Positions 1 through 13,544 of a stretch of 64,000 bases of DNA are shown here, in pieces. The translations under genes and the position numbers were made by a program. The notes beneath the pieces are model-generated. The model saw only the letters and a program-made list of their open reading frames with translations, was not told the DNA's origin and did no database searches. Source of the DNA: Phaeosaccion multiseriatum (taxonomy: Eukaryota; Protista; Ochrophyta, other classes); assembly GCA_965112735.1 (NCBI GenBank), contig OZ218954.1, positions 2,108,001 to 2,172,000 of the forward strand, given 5' to 3'. Position 1 is the stretch's first letter. Each line of letters opens with the position of its first letter.

Positions 1-1267
1 CCCTGCTGCTGCCGCGGCGGGCCCTGATTAGATGTGGTTGCTGCACCTGCCCCTGCCTGTGCTTTCGCCCGTTCCTGCAGCGCGAAGCCTTTGGCTATGT
101 ACATTTCGAGGTGCTCGTCTTCCATACACGCCTCCAGGCACTCCCTGTAGTGAGACAGTAGGTGCACGCCTATGCCAAAGGACAGGACAGGATGGGTGTT
201 TTGAGGATGGCAGTGGATGGAGGGAGGAGGAGGATGAGGAGGAGGAGAGCGAAGGACGGGAGAGCGGTTCGACGGGTTAGGTAGGTATCATGTGGGAAAA
301 GGAGTGGAGAGCCAGACTCAAGGTCCTGTGTGTGTGGGTTTGTGGGTGGTTCATAACGTGCGTTCCCAAAAGTATATGCAAAGAAACGAAGTGGGTGGAG
401 AGGAGGGAAAGCGAATGGAAAGGCATTCACCCACCCACCTCCAGCTCCACAGACCAGTCCACCACCCCCTTCCATGCCGGCACACACACACCAAAGTCTG
501 TGGTGGCTTTGGCACCCACCCAGCCACCCGGCCACCCACCTACCCACACACTCACCCACACACCCACCCACAAACACGCACACCCACCCACACACACACG
601 CATACACACACGCACACACAAGCATACACACGCACACACACACACACACACACGCACACACACACACGCACACACACACACGCACACCACCACCCACGCC
701 CGCACCCACACATCCACACACCTAGGTCGGTGGTGGCCTTGGTCCCGAACATATCCTCAACAATGGTGGGCGCCACGATGAAGGTGCCGTAGCACTCCGA
801 GTCCACAAGCACCTTGCATCCCCCATGCCGATACGCAAAGCGAGGGATGGCGGTGATGAGGTCTCCGTCGCAAACCACACGGAAGTGATGGGTGCAGCGC
901 GTCGCCAGCTTTTGGTTGAACAACCAATTGCCCACCCTTGGACTGCCGTACGTGTACATGGTCAAATCGTCGGGCAAATCAAAGTTCTCGCACACGTCGA
1001 ATGCCGCGAGCGTGGCCAGCGCCGCCCCCAGAGAGTGGCCGGTGATGTAGAGTGGGACGTAAGGCTTGTCGGGGTCCGTCAGCTCTCGCTGGAGTGCCTC
1101 TCCCACCCTCTCCCTCACGCGCATGTAAGCCTCCAAGAAGCCTCGATGCACCATGGGCATGGCCTGCCGAGCCACGGGAACGAACGACACAGCGGATCGA
1201 AAGCACACCCCAACCCCTTCCCAACACCCTACTCTGTGCCCGCCTGCTGTTGCTCCTGCTCCTCCTC

Positions 1268-1309
<42 letters not shown>

Positions 1310-1524
1310 ATGATGACGCCCTCCCGCCAGTGAGAGGTGTGTGGGAGGCCGCATCAGTAGCATTGTGACTTGAAGCGTCCCCTTCCCCTTCACCGTTTCC
1401 GAAGGAAAAGCTTCTACTCCTGCCCCCGTACAGGGGGGACATCTCACTCTCACCCCTCTCCCTCTCCGACTGGGACACATCACTCTCACTCCTCCCCTCT
1501 CGACCACCCTGGCTCGGCCGCCGC

Positions 1525-1560
<36 letters not shown>

Positions 1561-4500
1561 GGTCTCTGGGGGGTGTGGTGGCGTGGGCCCCCAACCTTGA
1601 CCCTCCTCCGATTGCGCGGCTTGAAATTTGGCAGGGGTACCTGCCCCGTCTTGAGATCTGTCTTGACGTTGGAGAGGTTGGCGGTGCCTCGAAAGGCAAG
1701 GACAAGGCGGTCTGTAGATCGGAGTAGGATGCATTTGGTCTCCATCTCTTCGTCTTCGATGAATGCGACCATCGTCATTCCTGTGCAGCCCACAAAGAGA
1801 CAGGGACGGGGGAGGGGGGGAGAGAGGAGGGGAGAGGGGGATGGTTGGTGTGTGTAGGGGAAGTGGGAGAGGGAGAGAGAGAAAGGAGGAAGAGAGAGAA
1901 CGAGGGCCAGAGAGGGGAGGAGGGTGGGGGAGAGAGAGGGGGAGACGGAGACGGGTAGACAGAGAAGGCACGCGAAGGAAGACAGGGCAAGTGAGAGACA
2001 CAGTGAGCGCAAGAGACACACCGCGAAGCCCGATGGTAGCCGATGGTTGGATGGCTTGCCTGTTACATTACATGACCTGCTACCCCGCAGGTGGACCTTT
2101 GTGCTGGGATAGAGCCCTGTAGCCCGAGAGAGATATGCTTTGTGCTGAAGCTCACAATAGGCAGTCTCAAACTACCCAAGCTTGAACTCTACTAATACCC
2201 AAGCTTGGACACTATAATGTAGAGTGCACAGAAACTTAATAAGGAGGGTCAAACGAAACTGAAAACTGAAAACTAAACTCACCAAAACGAAACTGAAAAC
2301 TGTGAACTAAACTCACCAAGATAGCTAAGGTCCATGAGAGCCGGAGCAATGAGGTCATCAACCTTGAAGGTGCGAGGGTCGTAGTAGGCCTGCCAGGCCA
2401 CCTCCAGCAGCTGGGCTGCCGTCTCGAGGCAGAACACAGGCTCCAGCTCTCGAGTGCGCTTGAAGCGACGGACAATCTCTCTGACAGAAAGGAACCGCGA
2501 CGGAGGAAGGGAGGGGAGGGGGAGGGAGGGAGGGAAAGGAAGGAAGGGAGAGAGGGAGTGAGGAAGGGAGGAAGGGAGGAAGGGTGGCTACAAAACGATA
2601 GCAGCCTGGGGAGAATCTGGGGGCCTTGAGCGTACCTGGGAGGCAGGTCTTTCTCTGTGTGAATGAACATGCGGTCGTGCTTCCTGCTTACGGAGTGGAG
2701 GGGCGGCAGAAAGAGGAACACGAGTACATAGCACACCACACTCAAAAACAGCAGCTGCCCCACTGGCGTACGAAAGCCTCGAGCCCAGCAGGCGAAAATT
2801 TGCTCTTCGCTCCTCAGCGTGCCACGCCAAGACGCCTCTACCAAGCCGATGTTGAGTGAGGCGTGAGTTATCATGAAACGGATCAGCTTCGACAGCTGTG
2901 GAAGTTGGAAGTTGAAGTAGGCAAGAAGTAGCCGCGCAGAGGTAGGGGAAGTGGGAGGAACGAGAGAACGACAGGAGCAGGAGAAGAGCTTAGAAGACCC
3001 CTCAGTGCGGAGTGCGGAGTCACAGAAGCACGCACCCTATCTATTCGCCTCATCTGGAAGATGCTCCAGAACAAACTCACTTGTCACGAACCCACTCACT
3101 GACTCACCCCTCACTCACTCTCTTCATGTAACTCACTCACTCCGTCCCTGTCTCCCGCACTCTTTCTCTCACTCACTCACTAGCTAACTCACTCCCTGCC
3201 TTCCTCCCTCACTCTCACTCCATGCGCCTCACCTGGAAAATGGGTCCCCACCCAAGCACGCATACCAGCAGCAGAGCATTCATGAGCATGACTCTGTATA
3301 CGAGCTGCTGTCTCCGAGTCGTCATGAAGGGAAAGCGCCGCAGCACACGCCCCGTTCGTACGGCACACTTGGAGAACCAAACGCACCAGTTGAGGGTCAA
3401 TACGCCGAGCAGGATGGACACGACCACGTAGGCACGCTCCAGAGCAGCTCTGACGGTGTTGCGCACATACAGTGTCACACACACATACATACACATCATA
3501 CACACACGCACACACGCACCCCCACACAGAGAGAGAGAGAGACAGAGAGAACATAAGTACCCAGTCGGGCATTGGTAAGAAAAGAAACTAAGAAGATGTT
3601 ATGGTATCGCACAGGAAGTAAGAGTGGGGGACAAACGCAGGGTTGCAGCTGTTTTTGCAGCCACTGGCCAAGAGTGTCATCAGAGAACAAGCAACAACAG
3701 GCAAGTAGGAGATGGAGGAGATTACAATTGCTGCTGTACAATTACCAACACAACAGCCCCCCCCCCCCCCTCTTGCTCCCTCCCGCCTCCTTCCTTGACT
3801 TACTTGTCATAGGTGTGCGAGTTCGAGAAGAGCGCTTCAGGGTGCCGAATAAAAACCAGCATCACCACCACAGATAGGGCCAGCAGCAGGTAGAGCAGCT
3901 TTACGCCGATGAAGTCGAGATAAAAGTCGCTCTTAGGGTGGTGCTGCGGGTACGCCTCGTCCAGCGTCGCCGCCGCCACAGTGGCTGACGTAAAGATGTT
4001 CCTGCCTCCTCCTCCTCCTCCTCCTCTGTCCCCGCTTATCCCATTCACAGCCGTGTTGCTGCCGTTGCAGTTGGTGCCTACACCACTTGCCCACCTTCCT
4101 CCTCTCCCTCCTCCTCCTTCTGACCCTCTCCCTCCTGCTCCTCCTGCTCCTCCTCCTCCTCCTTCTCGTAGGGAGTTGCTGGCCAGGCTGGATCTGATGC
4201 TGCTCCTCCTGACAAAGCGCTGTCCGTCAATGAGGCACAGCCAAATAGCCCACATGACCTGCATACTCAGTCCCTGCACCAGGTCACTGCCCAGCAGCTA
4301 GAGAGAGAGGGGGAGGGAGGGGGAGGGAGGGAGATAGGGAGGGAGGGAGGGAGGGAGGGAGGGAGGGAGGGAGGGAGAGAGGGAGAGAGCCTTGAGTCGA
4401 GTTGACGAAGAAAGGCCAATTCCCACCCTCGACAAGAACTGCGCATGCCTTGATGCCCCACCACTTCAAGCGACCCTTGGCACCGAAGGGCAACCTTTCG

Positions 4501-5845
4501 CCTAAGGGCAAGGTCAACCGACCCGATCTGATCATACTGAAGGCGTAAACAGACCCTGGGGTCTAAGCTAAGGGCAAGGCGCATCGCCTACAAGGCACAT
4601 GTACGTTGATCTGATGGTGTGCTGAAGGTACTGGAGAGGCTTACCCGGTGGTCCTCTCCAATCTCGAACCACTGTATGACGGCCAGGAGAGGGTTCTGCC
4701 ACAGAAAGAGAGCCACCAGCAAAACCGTGAGCTGCTGTCGCTCGGCGATCCACTCGCCGAAGCCCTTCCCCCCTCCTTCTTTGTAGTTCTTTTGGGGGAT
4801 GAGTAGTGTTGTTTTGTTCCCCATCGTAGGATAAAGGGGGGGGGGAGGAGAGAGGAGGAGGAGAAGCAAGAGGGCAAAGGAGAGGGGGTAAGATGAGGGG
4901 AAAGCGGAGAAGGGGAAGAAAGAGGGCGGAAGAGAGGGGGCAAGTTGAGGGGAGAGCGAAGCTGATGACATGAAGTAGCGTGACGCTTAAGAGCAATGCA
5001 TGCGTCGCATGCGCATGGTACCAAACAGAAGACCTGATTGCTCTTTCCTCTCCTCGCCCTCCCGCCCTCCCTCCCTTCCCTCCCTCCCTCCCTCCCGCCC
5101 TCCCTCCCCTCCATCCTCTCTCCCTCCGGCCCTCCCCTCTCTCCCTCACTCACTCCCTCCCCTTCCTCCCTACCTCTCCTCTTTCCCTCCCCTTCTCCCC
5201 CTCTCTCCCTCCCCTTCTCCCTCCCTCCCTCCCCTCCCTCCCTCCCTCCCTCCCTCCCTCCCTCCATCCCTCCCTTCCCTGCCTCCCCCGTACCTTCAAC
5301 AGCCAATACACGAAGACGAGAGCGGTAGTAGCGAGGAGCCCCACCCTCACAAAGGCCAAGGTAGAGGCATACACCCGCCTCTCGCTGCGCAGGGTGAAGC
5401 GCGTGTCGGGAAGGAGCTTCGCCTCCGCCCCCGCCCCCGCCTTTCCTGTGCTGTCGAGCACGCCAATGTCGAGGGTGATGCGGTAGCCCGTGTACCATCC
5501 AAGCGCTCCGGGTGTGTCGAAGAAAACGTTCAAAAGCGTCGCCTTTTCACACACCCCGTCCTCCAGGGCCGGCGCCTTCACAAACACACCCTCGCCCTCG
5601 CCCTCCTTCTTGCTCTTCTTGCTCTTCTTGTTGTTATTGGTGTTGTTGTTGTTGCCTTTTGCAGTCGGTAGGGCGCACCTTATTGTCAGAACATCTCCTG
5701 CCGGGGCAGACTGGAAGAGCGTACGCCATTCGCCCAACGCCTGTCCCTCCACAGTCACTCCGAGCTGCCAAGAGAGAGAGAGAGAGAGACAAAGAAAGAG
5801 AAAGAGAGTATGGGAGAGAGACACATACATATACATACATGTATG

Positions 5846-5877
<32 letters not shown>

Positions 5878-8382
5878 ATGTAATATATATATATATATGT
5901 GTGTGTAACAGGGGCGCGCGCGCGACAGAGAGAGGGGGGAAGAGAGAGCGAAAGAGAGAGGGTAAGAGAGAGAGCGAGAGAGAGAGAGGGACGGGCAGAT
6001 GCCCCTTTGCTGACCTTGATGGAGTGATAGAAGAACGGCGGCACGCTATCTTCTAGGGGAGGGTAGAGGGTGGTCTCGTCCCCCGGAGGCAACATGGCGT
6101 CGACGGTGAGGAAGGCGTTGAGCGGGGGTGTGGAGGTAACGGTCCACACGCACCGCCCTCCGCTCGTGCACTCCGCCGCCTACAGAACATGGACAGGGAG
6201 AGACAGTTCACAGATCACACCAATTGAAACACACACGACGCGCACGCATCTACACGCATACATGCGCAAAGGTACGAGCAGACGTAGATGCGAAGGACCA
6301 AAGACCCTTCCTCCCTCCCTCCCTCCCTCCCTCGCTCCCTCCCTCCCCTGCCACCTACCTCCCTCCTCCCCTCCCTCCCTCCCTCCCTCCCTCCCTCCCT
6401 CCCCTCCCCTCCCCTCCCACCCACCTCTAGCGGCACTCGATGGTTGGCCCAATCAGACCCAAAGTCCAGGAACAGCGCAAGGGCGAGGCATAGATAGGGC
6501 AGCAGCAGCACCGTCCATGTAGCCCGCACACTCAGGGCCTCGAGATTAATCTCTGCCGTCTCCACAAGGCGCACACCGTGGCGGTAGTAGATGGCGTGCC
6601 CCTGCACGATGAAGGGAGGGGTGTGGAGGTGGGAGGGGAGGGGGAGGCGGGGAGGTGAGGCGGGGAGGTGAGGCGAGAGGAGAGGAGAGGAGAGGAGAGG
6701 AGAGGAGGGGGAGTCATTGGGGGAGGGTCAGTCAGTCTCGCAGGCAAGCACGCCCACCCACCCACCCACCCACCCACCCACGCACGCACCATATGCACGC
6801 ACGCATTCACCACCCCGAGGGACAAGCAAAAAGAATGACGACACACGACATACAAGCGAACACCACTCGTGTAACGGCAAATCGTGGGATGAGAACGGGT
6901 GGGGGAAGGGGATGAAGCGGCTTCACCACCGTGTGTGCTGTGTGTGTGTGGCCCCAGACACGCACAGGGGCGGTGCTTCGTCGGCCCCTATCCAGCACCA
7001 CAGGCTGGAGTTGAGACTTCCCCAAATCCACCTTCCAATCCCATCGCATGGGCGAACACGCTGAAACTGAAACAGATACACACAGCCCTCTGAGCGCTCC
7101 CATAGACAGACGGACCAAGGAACAAAAGACGGACCACGGAACAAAGAGGGACCACAGAACAACCCACCTGCTCATCCACGTGCTTGTCGTCTGCTATGTT
7201 CGGTAAGTCCAGTGATCCCCCCTCGCCTCCTGCTGCCCCCTGCCCTATCGCAGATGTCCTGCTCGCCCTCCTTCCTCCTCCTCCTCGTCCTCCTCCTCCT
7301 CCTCCTCCTCCTCCCGCCGAAGTCGCAGCAGCAGTACCACCAACAGCCCCAGAAGCCTCTGCCCTCTTCCCCCCTCCCTTGGAGCCGTACTCCATCCTGC
7401 CTGTACCCCCCACGGGGTCCCCCAGCAGCGCGCTGCGACTGGTGTGCTGTACCACCAACTGGTCCTGCTGCTGCCGAGGGCCGCCCCACCCCTGCAAGCC
7501 GTTCGGTCCGAGTCCTCGCGACGCCTGTGAGGGACGTGACTCCACATTTGCTCCTCTTTTGCCCCCTGCTTTCCCCCCTGCTGCTGCTCCTCCTTTCCCC
7601 CCTGCTGCCTTCGCTGAGGGCGCTCTTTCTCCGGAGCTGCCTGCTTGTGGCCCTCCTACCACGAGCTTGTGTAGGTGAGGAGCGGATGCAGAGGTGGCCG
7701 CAGTTACTGCCTTCTTCGCACTCTGGGGGGCGAAGGGGTTGAGCGCTCCGCTGCTGTTTGCCCGTCGCGACCCCTGCCGTCCCAGCTGGCCCTGCCACTT
7801 GGGGTTTCCGGTAAAAGGGAGGGGAAATGATGGACACGAACGAGACAAGCACATGAGATAGAGAAGTTGAAGAAGGGAGGGCTCTAGATGTCACTTAAGC
7901 CAAGACCCTTCCTCCTCTTCAGTCGAGAGCAACGAGCATCAGGCCGTGCGTACCTCTTCCTCGAAGGACGGGTCCAGCAGCGGCGTGTACTGCTGTATCG
8001 ACACCTCATCCTGCGCGAGGGGAAGCAGAGGAGAAGGCCGAGCTGCTTCTCTTCCTCCCTGCTGGTGCTGCCGCCATCGCCGCGAGGCCAACGCCTCCCC
8101 CATGGAAGCCTTTCCTCTCTGCTGCGGTTCCGAGGCCGCCCATCGCTCGTGGGGCCTCTGCTCGCCCAGCGCAGGGGAAGGAAGGTGCTGGGCGGGAGGG
8201 GGTGGCATCTTCTCCAGCCTCCCCTCGTCCCTCGCTGCAGAGGCTGCTCCTCCACGCCGTCTCCGGCGATCGGAAGCACCATCTCCACCTCCTCCTCCTC
8301 CACCTTCTCCTCCTCCCCGGCTACTGTCTTGGCCATTGGCGCCATCGCTCTTGCGGCCTCCCCCTCTCGCCTCCATTTCCAT
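1..8382 (-). CDS. Multipass membrane protein (TMEM181/Wntless-like N-terminal region) fused to a C-terminal class-3 lipase; 3' end lies outside the window
   Basis: Phase-consistent GT-AG model, exons 8382-7954, 7791-7168, 6601-6425, 6179-6015, 5764-5294, 4788-4645, 4297-3804, 3449-3233, 2895-2636, 2480-2317, 1780-722, 169-<1 (>1450 aa). Lipase_3 motifs: LVLAFRGT, VHRGF, YITGHSLGAALA, YTYGSPRVGN, DLITAIP, and a candidate catalytic His in GVHLLSHY. Several hydrophobic helices lie upstream. Confidence 0.88.
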
Positions 8383-8905
8383 ATCTTCTCTTCCCGTCCT
8401 TCACATGCTCACAGAGAGCGTGCAAAAAAAATTAACAAAACAAGAGCAAAGATAGCGGATTTTAATCAACAGCTGCTCCGGTGCTGCCCTCTAAAGGGCT
8501 CCCTACGAGTCATACATGTCAAGAGAGCCACTCATTTACTACTTATGTATTTTCCCATTCCATTCATCAACAGAAAAAGAAAGGGGGCTAGCACCTGAAA
8601 CTCAAACTCCCGTCGAGACTGGAACCCGTTCGAAGGAAAAGAGAGGCCAACAGCAGCAAAAGAAGCAGCAGAAGCAGAAGAAGAAGAAGATGAGGGGGGG
8701 GAGGAGAAGCTGGTGATGCCGCAGCACCAGAACCAGCAGGCCGTGTGATTGCTGCGAAAGAAGAGCGTCGCCCTCAGTGAAAGGGGGGAGGGAGGAGGGG
8801 AAAGGAGAAAGAGATAGAAAAGGGAAAAAGGAGAGGAATGAGGTGCAGAGAGTTATGACACTAGGAGAAGAAGCGCAAGGGTGAGGAGGGGGGCATATCT
8901 GAGAC

Positions 8906-10746
8906 ATGCGCTCCCTGCAGATGGGCGGGATGAGCTGCCGAAAGCGACCGAGGAGAAGAAGCAAGGAGAATGATGAAGGAGACTTTTCTTCCTCACCACC
9001 TCTCAGGCCAACCCTGTGGCCATCTTGCAGCATCCTCCTCATGGCTGGGGTGTGCTGGCTGACAGGAGAAGTGACGGCTTTCCAACAGCCCGTACCGGGC
9101 CCCCTCTACGGCAGAAGGACGCCTCGCCGTGTCCGCGCCTCTGGGTCGTCGCCAACTGCAGCGCTCTCAACGGAAAGCAGCAGCGCTGGCAGCAGCAGCA
9201 GCGAGAGCAGCCGGGAGAGTAGTGATCGTGGCGTCATGAACGAGAGTAGCGAAGCCAGGGCTAGCAGCTACACCTTTGGGGGGGACCCGATGGACAAGAT
9301 GCGGCGGTTGCACGGGCAGAATTTGGCTCTGTACACGCGAGAGCAGCAGCTGCAGCGCGATCAGCAGCAGCATCACCAGCAGCAGGGAGATGAGCAGCAG
9401 CAGGAGCCGCCGCCGCCGCCGCCGCCGCCGCAGCAGCAGCAGCAGCAGGAGTTCCAACTCCAGCAGAAGGAGCCAGGGCAACAGCACGGGCAAGGGCAAG
9501 GCCAACGCAACAATCACAAGTCGAAGGACTGGGATCGGTACCGCAAGGGGGGCTACCTTATGCCGCATCGAGGAGCCAACACAGTGGACGAGACGGACGG
9601 GGGCACGGCTTGGGCCGTGGGACCCGCGGCGGCTGCTGCGGCTTCACGAAAGCGGATTCGGACTCGATTGTCATCTCTCCGACCGACTCGCAAGGAGACG
9701 GAGCCCACCACGACCAACAAGGAGCACGGGGCGGGGAACAAGGCGCGGGGCGGGAGGAAAGCAAGGAAGGAGAGGGCGGCGGCTCCTGAGGGTGGGCCGG
9801 AGGGCAGTATGCAAGCCCAGATCCGGAGGCAGCACCAATTGATACCCCAGCTCGACGCCTGGAGAATCATCATGGAGGGGGAGGAAGACAAGGACGACGC
9901 GGCCGCCGCCGGATCCGCCGACGAGGGGCTCTCCGACGACGCTAATGGCGACGGCAACGGTTTCAGCGGTTTCAAGGAGACGAATGTGGGGGGTGGGGGA
10001 GGGGGGCCGGGGATGACCGATATGTTCGAGGAGCTGACGCTGGAGGATATGGACAACATTGATGCCTATTGGGCTACGGGGTTGGCACCGCATGTGGCTT
10101 ACTTACCCTCCGGCCGCCAGGGCAAGGTGCGCAGGGTGTAGGGACGGGGTAAAGTGTCCTTGTGGAAGAAGCCTTTTCCTTCTGCTGCATCACCAACCAA
10201 CTGCTTGCCCCCCTTTCCCCTTTCCCCTTTCCCAGGTGTGGCTGGCTCTGAAGGTGGCGTACACGGCGCACAACGGACAGCTCAGGAAGTCCGGTGAGCC
10301 CTTCATCATCCATCCCGTGGCCGTGGGACAGCTCTTGGCTCAAATGAGCATGGATACAGGTGAGTGGAAGTATTATTGACTTACTTGAGTCGGCGTTACA
10401 TATTTGTCTTAAGGTACCGTGGGTATTTGTGAGAGCGAGGGTGGGGCTGAGGCTTGAGGGACGGGGGCCGCACAGGGAGGCGAGAGGGGGAAGGGTGGGT
10501 GGGTGGGTGGGTGGGTGGGTGAGTTTGCGAGAGGGAGAGGGAGAGGGTGGGCGCGTGCGAGGCTTGGAGGCAGCAAGACATTCTCACTCCCTGCTGCTGC
10601 TGTATCACCAATTGCTGCACATGCAGACACGGTGTGTGCGGGGCTGCTGCACGACACTGTGGAGGACACGTGGCTCACCTTCGCGGAAGTAGAGCGCATC
10701 TTCGGCAGGACCGTCAGGCGCATCGTAGAGGGGGAGACCAAGGTAA

Positions 10747-10778
<32 letters not shown>

Positions 10779-13513
10779 ATGCGTGCGCGCGTGTGTGTGC
10801 GTGTGTGTGCGTGTGTGCGTGTGTGCGTGCACAATGTACTGCTTCCAAGACTCGAGCGAGTCGTTGTCTTTGCGTTCTCGGAACATCACAGGTGCTCTGC
10901 GGGTGGTACTCACTCCTCTCCTCCCCTCCCGCTCCTCCCCCTTCTCCTTCTCCTCCTCCTCCTCCTCCTCCTCCTCCTCTTCCCTCCTTCCTCCCTCCCT
11001 CCCTCCCTCCCTCCCTTTTCAACCCCCCCATCCCCATAAATCAGGTGTCCAAGCTGCCCAAGATCGCCATGGCGATGGACACAGACGGCGACGAACAGTC
11101 CGAGAACCTTCGCCAAATGTTCATCGCAATGGCCGAGGACTACCGCATTATCATCGTCAAGCTCGCAGACCGGTTGCACAATATGCGCACCCTCAACTTT
11201 ATGAAACCGCACAAGCAGCAGCAGGTGGGGGTCGGGATGGATGGCAGTTGATGGTGGTGGTGGTGGTGGTGGCGGTGGTGGTGGTGGTGGTGGTGGGGGG
11301 GGGGGGGGCAGTGGATGATGGGAGTTATGGGTGGTGGTGCATGGGTGTCAATCGATACTGTAAAGCAATAAGAAGCCCTTTTTTTTCTCAACACCTACCT
11401 GACTCTCTGACTCTCTCTCTCTCTCTGTCTCTGTCTCCCTCTGTCATTCGCGCGCGCTCTCTCTCTGACTCTCACCCCCCCCTCCCTTCTCTCCCTCCCT
11501 TACTCTCTCCAACTACCCCCTTGCCTACCTCTCTCTCAACCGGCAAACCACACCGAAACCCAAACGCAAACCAAACCCAAACCAAACACTACCAAACGAC
11601 CAATACAAAACAGATTTCCCTTGAGACCATGGAGATCTTCGCCCCCCTGGCTCACCGCCTCGGTATCTGGCAGGTCAAGAGCGAGCTCGAGGACCGGGCG
11701 TTCATGTACCTCTACCCAGAGGAGCATCGTATGCTAAAGAGGCGGCTCAGGAGACGCAAGTCACGCTACTACAACAGCCTGGAGCACTGCAAGGCGGCCA
11801 TCATCTCCAAGATGGAGGAGAATTTGTACCTCAGTCAGGCAGAAGTGGACTTTGAAGTCACAGGTGGGTAGTATAGGTATATATAAGGGTGTAGTGGGGT
11901 GGATAGAGGGGTATTATGTGGGTGGGTGGGTGTAGTGGGGTGGGTATGGTACGCGAGAGCTTTGATCTGTAACCACACTAACCAACCCCCACCCATGTCC
12001 TCCCGTCCTTCCTCCCGCCCTGACTGAACTGTGACATGTGACAACGCTGGCCTCGGTATGTATGTGTGTGTGTCCCTCCCTCCGTCCCTCTCTCCCTCCC
12101 TCCCTTCCTCCCCCTCTCTCCCTTTCTCTCTCTCTCCCTCCCTCTCTCCCTCCGTCCCTCCCTCCCTTTCTCTCTCTCTCCCTCCTTCTCTCCCTCCGCC
12201 TCTCCCTCCTCCCCTCCGTCCCTCCCTCCCTTTCTCTCTCCCTCCCTCCCTCCCTCCCTCCCCGTGACGACAGGGCGTATGAAGGAGCGCTACTCTCTCT
12301 GGCTCAAGATGCGAAGTCGTGAGTGCACTCTGGACCAAATCCAAGACCTTGTGGCCCATCGAGTCGTGCTTGCCTACCCGCAGAGAGAGGGAGAGAGCTT
12401 TGAGGAGTGGCGAGGCAGGGGGGTGTCTCTCTGCTACCATGTGCTCGGGTTGGTTCACCACCTGCCCAATTGCCAGCCTGTGCCCTCCCAAGTCAAGGAT
12501 TACATCAGCTTCCCCAAGCCCAATGGGTACCAGAGCCTGCACACAACCATCATGCACGAGGGACAGGTATGTGTGTGCGTGCTTGTGTTTGTTTGCGTGT
12601 GTGCGTGTGCGTGTGCGTGTGCGTGTGCGTGTGGGCGTGTGTGTGTGTGTCTCCGGTGGGTGTATGTATGTATGTATGTGTGTGTGTATGTGTGTGTTTT
12701 TGTGCGTGCGTGCGTGCGTGTATGTGTGCGCATGCGTGTGTGTGTGACAACGAACGAGCGAGGGATGTCCACACGGGGAGGGGAGGAGAGGGAGGGGAGG
12801 AGAAGGAGGGGGAGATGCGAACGGGGAATGGGGAGGTGTGCATTAGAGCTCATGAGCTCGGAATACGGTATTTGAAGCAAGGGGGGGGGGGAAATTGTCA
12901 TTATGTACTCTCTTTCTTGGCTTTCTTGCAGTGTGCCACCACCCAAAGCACATCCGTTGAGTGTGTCATGCTTTGAGTTGATGTTGGTGTTGGTTCGGAA
13001 CTCGTTGCTGCGACTGTACTTTTTGTTGACGATCGTCGTGTGTGTATATGCGTCTGTATATCTGTGCCTGTGTGTGGGCGCTGTGTCTCTGTGTGTACCT
13101 CCGCCCCTTTTGTCCTGTGTCTGTTCGGCCCTTCTTTTCTCTTTTCACACACACACACACACACACACAACAGGTGGTGGAGGTGCAGATTCGCACCGCC
13201 CTGATGCATCGTGTCGCCGAGTTCGGCATGGCCAGTCACTGGATGTACAAGGAGGACAAGCAAGGAGGGGAAGGAGCACACTACAAGATGCCTTTCCTCA
13301 AGTGCATCGACGACATGCAGCACGAGATCAGGAGCAGCCGGGACTTTGTTGACTCCATTCGGAGAGAGTTGCTCGGCCAGAGGGTGTTTGTCTTTCTCAG
13401 GGACGGCAAGATTCTCAACCTCAGCAAGGGAGGTGCGTGTGCGTGTGTGTGTGTGTGTTGTGTGTGTGTGTGTGTGTGTGTGTGCTGTGTGTGTTGTGTG
13501 TGCGTGTGTGTGT

Positions 13514-13544
<31 letters not shown>

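Noticed and set aside
170-792. His/Thr-rich and Cys/Val-rich ORFs here and at other (CA)n/(GT)n tracts
   Set aside because: Dinucleotide-repeat artefacts within introns.
4444-4546. Box C/D snoRNA on the + strand (TGATGC...CTGA with terminal stem)
   Set aside because: Box C lacks the essential terminal GA, and it would be antisense to the host intron.
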